Assembly (NCBI GenBank): GCA_043804515.1
Contig: JAZDIZ010000174.1
Span: forward strand, 1-13,211
Length of the DNA stretch: 13,211 nt
Reading direction: 5' to 3'
Source of the DNA: Pseudomonadota bacterium
GTDB lineage: Bacteria > Bdellovibrionota_G > JALEGL01 > DATDPG01
Below are positions 1 to 6,026 of this stretch, in pieces. A model generated the notes under the pieces. The model was not told the origin of the DNA. It saw nothing but the letters and a program-made list of their open reading frames with translations, and did no database searches. A program made the position numbers and the translations under genes. Position 1 is the stretch's first letter. The number at the start of each line of letters is the position of its first letter.

Positions 1-193
1 CCCGCTTCTTCGAATGATCCCCGACTGGGCGGGTTTCCTGGCGGCACCAACAAACCAAACGCAATCGGAGGCTATCGAACGCCACATTCGCTCTGGAAAA
101 CCGCTGGGAAGCCAAGAGTTCATTCGGAAACTGGAGATACAATTTGGACGCCCGCTTTCTCCTCGAAAAAGAGGGAGAAAACCAAAAACATGA
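1..193 (+). CDS. C-terminal fragment (5'-truncated by window) of a probable HUH Y1 tyrosine transposase (IS200/REP-associated RAYT-like)
   Basis: Frame from base 2 reads PLLRMIPDWAGFLAAPTNQTQSEAIERHIRSGKPLGSQEFIRKLEIQFGRPLSPRKRGRKPKT* (TGA 191-193). The 'IxRHxRxGxPLGSxxFxxxLExxxGRxLxPRKRGRxP' tail resembles the C-terminus of stand-alone Y1_Tnp proteins, and it is followed by GTGTCCCC palindromic repeats. The catalytic HUH/Tyr motifs lie outside the window. Confidence 0.65.
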   Translation, partial: PLLRMIPDWAGFLAAPTNQTQSEAIERHIRSGKPLGSQEFIRKLEIQFGRPLSPRKRGRKPKT

Positions 194-229
194 ATATAAA
201 CAAGGTTTGGTAGCCCGCTCAGCGGATGG

Positions 230-300
230 CGCAAGACTCATTCCAATTCCTGGAAAATTGGTACGTGTCCCCAATTGAAATTGGTACGTGTCCCCAAATT
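230..300 (+). repeat. Repeat copy A: 52-bp direct repeat (230-281) containing tandem ~23-bp palindromic units RAAATTGGTACGTGTCCCCAA(A)TT (254-276, 277-300)
   Basis: Seen directly. Alternating inverted hexamers CCAATT 243-248, AATTGG 256-261, CCAATT 271-276, AATTGG 279-284; core CGTGTCCCC at 264-272 and 287-295. Confidence 0.9.
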
Positions 301-319
301 GAATTATTCTTTACGCAAG

Positions 320-793
320 ATGATGAAGCTATTGGTGGGCGTTTGGACCCTTTCGGTTGGTCTGCTGGTCCCAAGCGCGGGGTACCCCTGTTCCTGTAGC
401 GGTACCACGCACGTGACGGCGGCTTTTGAAGGCGCCGCGGCGGTTTTCAAAGGAGTCGTTACGGATCGTGTGCTCGAAACCAACAATGGCGGCATCGCTT
501 ACAAAGTGACCTTCCGCGTGGATAAAGTCTGGAAAGGACCCCAAGAGGAGAAAATCTCCGTGTTCACCAATCGAAGGTATTCCGCATGCGGCTACCCATT
601 CGTCGCGGGCAGAGAGTACCTCGTGTACACGCGCCAAGCCGGGGATGGTCCTTCCCCGACGCGTCACATGGATCTTGTCACGGGCCTGTGCACGAGAACC
701 ACCGCCTCGCCCTCCCCCGAGGAGATCCTGGCGCTGGACGAGGCCGCAAAACTCGTTCCAGTTCCTGGGAAATTGGTACGTGTCCCCAATTGA
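320..793 (+). CDS. Secreted TIMP/NTR-like (OB-fold) domain protein, ~157 aa
   Basis: ATG 320 (or 323) begins a hydrophobic signal peptide followed by CSC. It has AVFKGVV, VTFRVDKVWKG, SACGYPF..G.EYLVY and GLCTRT, with exactly four Cys in TIMP N-domain-like spacing. The ORF-track start at 275 is a TTG inside the repeat. Confidence 0.75.
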   Translation: MMKLLVGVWTLSVGLLVPSAGYPCSCSGTTHVTAAFEGAAAVFKGVVTDRVLETNNGGIAYKVTFRVDKVWKGPQEEKISVFTNRRYSACGYPFVAGREYLVYTRQAGDGPSPTRHMDLVTGLCTRTTASPSPEEILALDEAAKLVPVPGKLVRVPN

Positions 794-807
794 AATGGGA
801 TGTCCCA
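745..807 (+). repeat. Repeat copy B: 52-bp direct repeat (745-796) plus a degenerate second unit (GAAATGGGATGTCCCA, 792-807)
   Basis: 48/52 identical to 230-281 (offset 515). The differences at 750, 755, 761 and 769 are all A/G. It contains the TGA stop (791-793) of the TIMP-like gene. Confidence 0.9.
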
Positions 808-922
808 GGTGCGACAGGATTTCCACGAGATCTTCGATTTTTCGCCACGTTAAGTGACTGATATCTTAGGGTTTGTCCGAGGTCTGATCTTTGCAGGAAT
901 TACGATCGTCAGGGGGAAAAAC

Positions 923-1417
923 ATGATCCATAGAATCGCTTTCGTCCTTCTCAACTTTTTGATCTTTAGTTCGTCACCGCTGTTGGCCCAAGGGCGCGAC
1001 TTCGGCCCCGTTAGCGATGACGTCGCCATCGACACCGCGGAGGCGGCGCGAATCACAGCTACAAACGCGTTTCACACGATGCTGAAACACCATGTCCTCG
1101 TGAAGTTTCATAACGCTTACTATGAACGCGGAGACAAGAACCTGGATGTCGACGTGAAACTGCAGGGAAAACTCTTCGTGAATAAGAGCGACGAAGCTTT
1201 GCCGGCCGTACAGGAGATTCTGAAGTGCGTCCCCACGGCGATCGAAAACTCCTTCAAGGTCTCTCTTCCCCGTTACTGGATCGTTGTCGTTAAAGGTTCG
1301 AAGAAAGGGGAACCACTTCACGCTCTTGTGCGGGATTGGTTCGGCCTTCCCACCCATCCGTACGGCGTGTATGTCAACGTCGGGCGCACCGACGACGGTC
1401 ACTATAAGTGCCTTTGA
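923..1417 (+). CDS. Hypothetical secreted protein, ~164 aa
   Basis: ATG 923 preceded by AGGGGG (911-916). N-terminus MIHRIAFVLLNFLIFSSSPLLA-Q looks like a Sec signal peptide. No family recognised. Confidence 0.65.
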   Translation: MIHRIAFVLLNFLIFSSSPLLAQGRDFGPVSDDVAIDTAEAARITATNAFHTMLKHHVLVKFHNAYYERGDKNLDVDVKLQGKLFVNKSDEALPAVQEILKCVPTAIENSFKVSLPRYWIVVVKGSKKGEPLHALVRDWFGLPTHPYGVYVNVGRTDDGHYKCL

Positions 1418-1428
1418 TCTGGACGCCC

Positions 1429-1437
1429 GGGGACACG
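1429..1437 (-). repeat. Inverted copy of the repeat core (GGGGACACG = reverse complement of CGTGTCCCC)
   Basis: 9-bp exact match, 11 bp after the stop of 923-1417 and 16 bp before the arcC stop. Short, so a chance match is possible. Confidence 0.45.
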
Positions 1438-1453
1438 AGGCGGTTCCGACGGA

Positions 1454-2410
1454 TTAGGGAACGATCAACGTCCCTGTTTCGCCTTTCAGCGCCCGGCCGA
1501 TATTTTCCGGGTTCGTGATCAACGCCTGTTTTCCTCCGGCTTCCAGATACCAAATGATGGCCTGAATTTTCGGCGCCATGGAGCCTTTAGCGAAGTGCGT
1601 CCCCTCTTCGAGGTACTTCTTCGCTTCGGCCAGCGTCATCCGATCCACAAATTTTTGATTCGGCTTGTTGAAGTTCAAAGCCACCTTTTCGACAGCCGTC
1701 GAGATCAGGAGCATGTCGGCCTTGATGAGGCGTGCCAGTAAGCTGCTGGCGTAATCCTTGTCGATCACGGCCGCCGTCCCGACGTATTCGCCCTCGCCCT
1801 TGTCGATGACGGGAATCCCTCCGCCGCCCACGGTGATGACGACGACGCCCTGGTCGATCAGGGTCTTGACCGACTCAAGCTCCACAACTTCCTTGGGGAT
1901 CGGGGAAGCGACCACGCGGCGCCAGCCGCGGCCCGCGTCTTCCACAACGCTCCAACCCATTTCTTTCTCGCGTTTCTTCGCGTCGGCTTCGTCCATGAAA
2001 CCGCCGATGGGCTTGTTGGGGCTCTTGAACGCCGGGTCGTTCTTATCGACCAGGACTTGCGTGATCAGTGTCACGCAGTTCTTCTTGATCCCGCGCCGGT
2101 AAAGCTCGTTCTGCAGGGTCTGTTGCAGAGCGTATCCGAGGGCTCCCTGGCTGTCGGCGCCGCAGACGTCCAGCGCGATCTCGTGCATCCCTTCCACGCG
2201 GTGCGCGATCTCCGAACGGCGGAGGATGAACCCCACTTGCGGGCCGTTGCCGTGGCCGATCGCCACGTCCCAACCCGCCTCGATCATGTCGGCGATGTGC
2301 TGCGTGGTTTCCTTGGCGGCCTGGTACTGGTCCTCGACCGTTTGATGCTGCTTGTCCTTGATCAGCGAATTGCCGCCGATCGCGACGACCGCGACTTTTC
2401 TTTTGGTCAT
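1454..2410 (-). CDS. arcC: Carbamate kinase
   Basis: VVAIGGNSL, HGNGPQVG, A.SQG.LGY, TQVLVDKNDPAF..P.KPIG, EDAGRGWRRVVASP.P, GGGGIPV, AVIDKD, FAKGSMAPKI, GETGT: the full carbamate kinase signature set. The RBS AGGGAG overlaps the upstream stop. Confidence 0.96.
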   Translation of the reverse strand: MTKRKVAVVAIGGNSLIKDKQHQTVEDQYQAAKETTQHIADMIEAGWDVAIGHGNGPQVGFILRRSEIAHRVEGMHEIALDVCGADSQGALGYALQQTLQNELYRRGIKKNCVTLITQVLVDKNDPAFKSPNKPIGGFMDEADAKKREKEMGWSVVEDAGRGWRRVVASPIPKEVVELESVKTLIDQGVVVITVGGGGIPVIDKGEGEYVGTAAVIDKDYASSLLARLIKADMLLISTAVEKVALNFNKPNQKFVDRMTLAEAKKYLEEGTHFAKGSMAPKIQAIIWYLEAGGKQALITNPENIGRALKGETGTLIVP

Positions 2411-2423
2411 GAGGTCTCTCTCC

Positions 2424-3404
2424 CTAAGCTATCGTCAGTGCCATGACGGCTTTTTGCGCGTGCATCCGGTTCTCGGCTTCGTCATAGACCACCGAGTTCG
2501 GACCGTCCATCACGCCGTCCGTGACCTCGACGTTCCGGTCGGCCGGCAGCGGGTGCATGTAGATCGCATCCGGTTTGGCGAGCTTCATCTTCCGCTCGTC
2601 TGTGATCCATTTGGAATACTTCTTGATGATCTTGTCGCCCGCAGCCTGGTCCGTCGTCGTCAGCATGGCGCCCCACGACTTGGCGTACACGATATCGGCA
2701 TCTTTAAAGCCCTGTTCCATGCTCGTCGTGACGCTGAACTTGGTGCCGAACTTCTTCGCCTGCTCCTTCGCCTGCTCCATGATTTGGGGCATGAGCTTGA
2801 ACTCCGGCGGATGCGCCAGCACCACGTCCAGGTCGAAGCGCGGCATTTGCAGGATCAGGGATTGCGGCACGGACATCGGCTTCTGATACGACGCCGCGTA
2901 TGCCCATGAAACCACCATCTTCTTGCGTTTCAGGTCCCGCCCCTTCTTCTCCATGATCGTCATGAGATCCGCCAGGCACTGGAACGGATGGTAGACGTCG
3001 CACTGCATGTTGAGAACCGGCGAGCGCGAGTGTTTGGCCACCTTGCTGATGTACTTGTTGCCGACGCCCCAATCGCAATGTCGGATGGCGATCCCGTCGA
3101 AATACCGGCCCAGGATTTCGCCGATCTCTTTTGGGGTGTCCCCATGCGCGATCTGCGTCGTCTTGGACTCGATGAACGCCGCGTGCCCTCCGAGCTGCGC
3201 CATTCCCGCCTCGAACGAGCACCGGGTGCGCGTCGAAGAAAAGAAAAAGAGCATCGCCAGCGTCTTGTCGTCCAGGTACGGGTGAGGTTCTCCCAGTGCG
3301 CGTTTGCGTTTCAAGTCCCACGCCACGTCCAGAACGGTTTCGACTTCCTCTTTCGTGAAATCCAGGTCGCCCACCAAATGACGGCCGCGTAGTTTCGTTT
3401 GCAT
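2424..3404 (-). CDS. OTCase-superfamily transcarbamylase of the knotted YgeW/N-acylornithine type, ~326 aa
   Basis: SSTRTRCSFE carbamoyl-phosphate motif, HPFQCLAD, SWAYAASYQKPMSVPQS (YgeW-like proline-rich loop), DIVYAKSW in place of the OTCase TDxWxSMG, MHPLPADR..EV, DEAENR. Start ATG 3404 follows AGGAGAG; the ORF-track start at 3500 overlaps the upstream gene. Confidence 0.85.
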   Translation of the reverse strand: MQTKLRGRHLVGDLDFTKEEVETVLDVAWDLKRKRALGEPHPYLDDKTLAMLFFFSSTRTRCSFEAGMAQLGGHAAFIESKTTQIAHGDTPKEIGEILGRYFDGIAIRHCDWGVGNKYISKVAKHSRSPVLNMQCDVYHPFQCLADLMTIMEKKGRDLKRKKMVVSWAYAASYQKPMSVPQSLILQMPRFDLDVVLAHPPEFKLMPQIMEQAKEQAKKFGTKFSVTTSMEQGFKDADIVYAKSWGAMLTTTDQAAGDKIIKKYSKWITDERKMKLAKPDAIYMHPLPADRNVEVTDGVMDGPNSVVYDEAENRMHAQKAVMALTIA

Positions 3405-3415
3405 CGCGATCTCTC

Positions 3416-4369
3416 CTATTCCCGGATTCCGAACACGAGGCCCAGGAGCCCCATCCTCACGACAACGCCGTTGAACGCCTCCTGCCAGTATCGGGACCAC
3501 CGCGTGCCGTCCACGTCCGGCGGGATTTCATCCATTCTCGGCAGCGAATGGAGCAGGATGGCGTCCGATTTCGCCTTTTTGGAGAGAAGCTCCCGCGTGA
3601 TCTTGTAATTGGCCGGCGTCATGCCGACCTCCTTGCCGCGTTCGTCCCGGGCCTTTGTGTAATCCGGCTGCACGACGGGCTCGACGAGAATGACGTCGGC
3701 GTCGCCGATGCACTGCTCGATGTGTTCCGCTTCCTTGAAGTCCAGGTTGTAGTCCTTGAGTTCCTTCTTGAATTCCGGCTTGAGCGTCATCTCGGGCGGG
3801 CCGACGAACGTGATGGGACAATCGAACTGCGTGAGCGCGTACGCCAGGGAGTGCATCGTGCGCATCCGCATGTCGCCCACGGCCACCCACTTGAGGCCGT
3901 CGATCCGTCCCTTCTCGTTGAACACCGTGTAGAGATCCGTCAGGATCTGCGTTGGGTGTTCGCCCCACCCGTCGCCGCCGTTGATCACGGGGACGGACGC
4001 CCACTTGGCCGCTTCGTGCGGCGCGCCTTGCTGGAAGTGGCGCATGACGATCACGTCGCCGTAGAACTCCAGCATCTTCACCGTGTCCTTGATCGATTCC
4101 TGATACCAGTCCCCGGCGCGGGTGTTCTTCGCATCGGAGAATCCCGTGACGTGGCCGCCCAGGCGGTGCATGGCGGCTTCGTGCGCCAGGCGCGTGCGCG
4201 TGGAAGGCTGATAGAACGCCGTCACCATCGTCTTGTGCTTGAGGAGGTCGCAATTCTGCCGGTCGCGAGCGATCGGCTCCAGATCTTTGGAGACTTGAAA
4301 GACGCGGAAGAACTCCTCGCGCTCGAAATCTTTCAAAGACAAAATGTCACGTCCAACGAAACTGCGCAT
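3416..4369 (-). CDS. Aspartate carbamoyltransferase-like protein (pseudo-ATCase, altered acceptor pocket)
   Basis: FYQPSTRTR, ESIKDT, DVIVMRH, PVINGGDG.GEHPTQ.L.DL.T, VGD..RTMHSL, LHSLPR..EI..DVD, Y.QEA.NG..VRM. PyrB-like backbone, but it lacks the SxxKGES lysine and the R-x-Q-x-E-R motif. RBS AGGGAGG at 4377-4383. Confidence 0.88.
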   Translation of the reverse strand: MRSFVGRDILSLKDFEREEFFRVFQVSKDLEPIARDRQNCDLLKHKTMVTAFYQPSTRTRLAHEAAMHRLGGHVTGFSDAKNTRAGDWYQESIKDTVKMLEFYGDVIVMRHFQQGAPHEAAKWASVPVINGGDGWGEHPTQILTDLYTVFNEKGRIDGLKWVAVGDMRMRTMHSLAYALTQFDCPITFVGPPEMTLKPEFKKELKDYNLDFKEAEHIEQCIGDADVILVEPVVQPDYTKARDERGKEVGMTPANYKITRELLSKKAKSDAILLHSLPRMDEIPPDVDGTRWSRYWQEAFNGVVVRMGLLGLVFGIRE

Positions 4370-4386
4370 GATTGTGCCTCCCTAAA

Positions 4387-4408
4387 GACCGGTTAATGAC
4401 CGGTTAAT
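4387..4408. repeat. Perfect 11-bp tandem duplication GACCGGTTAAT x2 just upstream of the RBS; candidate operator
   Basis: Copies at 4387-4397 and 4398-4408, each containing the palindrome ACCGGT. Confidence 0.6.
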
Positions 4409-4458
4409 GTAGATGCCCTCCCCGAACGCAATCCAGGGCGGGGCCGGAAAGGGGCGAG

Positions 4459-4486
4459 ATTATATCCAAACCCGGCTTGGCGTAAA
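4459..4486 (-). promoter_or_regulatory. Sigma70-type promoter for the pseudo-ATCase/transcarbamylase/arcC operon
   Basis: Minus strand TTTACG (4486-4481), 16-bp spacer, perfect TATAAT (4464-4459), ~90 bp upstream of ATG 4369. Confidence 0.6.
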
Positions 4487-4522
4487 TCGTTTTTGCGCCG
4501 TTCCCCGGGCGGATTTAAGCCC

Positions 4523-5920
4523 CTAGAATAAGGACGAATTCGGCAGGCCCCGCCGGAGGAACCGTCCTGCTCCGGCCTTTCCCACGAATTTGCCGTCGCG
4601 CGCCACAATGCGCCCCCTCGAAACGACCACCTCGGGGAAGCCCTGGACGGTCATCCCCTCATATAGGCTGTAATCCACGCGCATGTGGTGAGTGCGCGGG
4701 TTGCCGACGCTGATCGTCTCCCTCTTTTGCGGATCGAGAATAACCAGGTCCGCGTCGCTTCCAACGGCGATCGTTCCTTTCCTCGGATAGAGGCCGAAGA
4801 GTTTCGCGGCCGAAGTGGACGTGATCTCAACGAAACGCCGCAACGATATTCTTCCCCGCGCCACGCCTCCGTCGTAGACCAGGCTCATGCGATTCTCCAC
4901 GCCCGGTCCGCCGCCGGGAATCCTTGTGAAATCCTGTTGTGCTCCCCTCTTCTTCTCTTCCCATGGGAACGGACAATGATCCGTCCCTACGCACGCCAAA
5001 TCGCCCGTTTTCAGCCCCGTCCAAAGTTTAGCCTGATTCGCTTTTTTCCGAAGCGGCGGCGACATCACGAATTTCGCCGCTTCGAATATTTCGCGGTTGT
5101 AGGCGCCTTCATCCAGGAAGAGATATTGCGGGCACGTTTCCGCCAGAATCCGGACGCCCCGCTTTTGCGCCTCCTTCAGTTCTTCCAGCGCTTCGGCGCA
5201 AGAGAGATGGACGATGTAAAGGAAGGCTCCCGACACCTCGGCCAGCTTCGCCGTCCGGCTCACGGCTTCGGCCTCCGTCCAAGGGGGCCGCGTGCGGGCG
5301 TGCTCCTTCGGCTCCGTTTTTCCGTCCCGGAGAGCCTGTGCGACCAGCTCCTCGATCACCATCCCGTTTTCGGCGTGCATCATGATCAGCGTTCCGTCGG
5401 TCTTAGCCTTCCGCATGGCCCTGAAAATCGCGCCGTCATCCAGCAAAAGGCGTGTCGGATACGCCGTGAAGAACTTGAACGACGTCACGCCCTCATCGAT
5501 TAGCCGGGTCATCTCGTCAACCCGTTCCCCGGCGACATCGGTCACCATCATGTGAAAGCCGTAATCGATCGCCGCTTTTCCCGCAGCCTTGCGATGCCAC
5601 GTCTCAAGTCCCTCCAACATCGGCCGGCCCCGGTCCTGCGCGGCGAAATCGATGATCGTCGTCGTGCCGCCGCACGCCGCAGCCATGGTTCCCGTTTCGA
5701 AATCGTCGGAGGACACGGTGTCGCCGTAGGGCATGTCAAAGTGGGTGTGCGGATCGATTCCGCCGGGGATCACGAGTTTCCCGGCCGCATCAATCGCCGA
5801 ATCGGCTTTCGCCTTCAGCGCAGGTCCGATCTTGCGAACGGTTTCCCCTTCGATGAAAACATCGGATTTGAATTCCCGCTCGGCTGTGACGATTTTCGCG
5901 TTTCGGATCAGCAAGGACAT
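4523..5920 (-). CDS. hydA: Dihydropyrimidinase / D-hydantoinase (HydA/HyuA cyclic amidohydrolase), ~465 aa
   Basis: PGGIDPHTHF, AA.GGTTTIIDF, IDYGFH, GVTSFKFF (carboxylated Lys), MHAENG, YIVHLS, AETCPQYL, FVMSPPLR, GTDHCPF, IPGGGPGVENR, AKLFGLYPRKGTIAVGSDADLVI. ATG 5920 follows GGAGG (5936-5932). Confidence 0.94.
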   Translation of the reverse strand: MSLLIRNAKIVTAEREFKSDVFIEGETVRKIGPALKAKADSAIDAAGKLVIPGGIDPHTHFDMPYGDTVSSDDFETGTMAAACGGTTTIIDFAAQDRGRPMLEGLETWHRKAAGKAAIDYGFHMMVTDVAGERVDEMTRLIDEGVTSFKFFTAYPTRLLLDDGAIFRAMRKAKTDGTLIMMHAENGMVIEELVAQALRDGKTEPKEHARTRPPWTEAEAVSRTAKLAEVSGAFLYIVHLSCAEALEELKEAQKRGVRILAETCPQYLFLDEGAYNREIFEAAKFVMSPPLRKKANQAKLWTGLKTGDLACVGTDHCPFPWEEKKRGAQQDFTRIPGGGPGVENRMSLVYDGGVARGRISLRRFVEITSTSAAKLFGLYPRKGTIAVGSDADLVILDPQKRETISVGNPRTHHMRVDYSLYEGMTVQGFPEVVVSRGRIVARDGKFVGKAGAGRFLRRGLPNSSLF

Positions 5921-6026
5921 AGAGAACGCCGCCTCCGGACGGGTCTCTATCGTCAATGGTTCGGAGGGTCAAATGTCCGGATGCAGGAGGCTTAAGGGTT
6001 AACCCTCACCTGTCAGCCATAGTTCG

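Noticed and set aside
275..319. ORF-track N-terminal extension MKLVRVPK... of the TIMP-like gene, echoing its C-terminus
   Set aside because: An artefact of a TTG inside repeat A; the signal peptide starts at ATG 320/323.
230..796. Repeat pair as a diversity-generating retroelement TR/VR (copy B at a gene 3' end; 3 of 4 differences at A in copy A)
   Set aside because: Only 52 bp, one difference runs the wrong way (G in copy A), all are transitions, the target is not a C-type lectin or Ig-like fold, and there is no reverse transcriptase in the window.
254..807. The ~23-bp palindromic repeats as a CRISPR array
   Set aside because: Units are directly adjacent with no spacers, then separated by ~470 bp of coding sequence; no cas genes are visible.
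2424..3404. argF/arcB with arcC as an arginine deiminase pathway
   Set aside because: It lacks the DxxxSMG and HCLP ornithine motifs, and no arcA or arcD is in the window.
3416..4369. Calling this gene pyrB (pyrimidine biosynthesis)
   Set aside because: Aspartate-binding K84 and R229 motifs are missing, there is no pyrC/pyrI/pyrR context, and it is co-transcribed with carbamate kinase.
5995..6006. Perfect 12-bp palindrome AGGGTTAACCCT between the VWA gene and hydA
   Set aside because: Single occurrence with no U-tract and no second copy; operator, terminator and chance cannot be distinguished.
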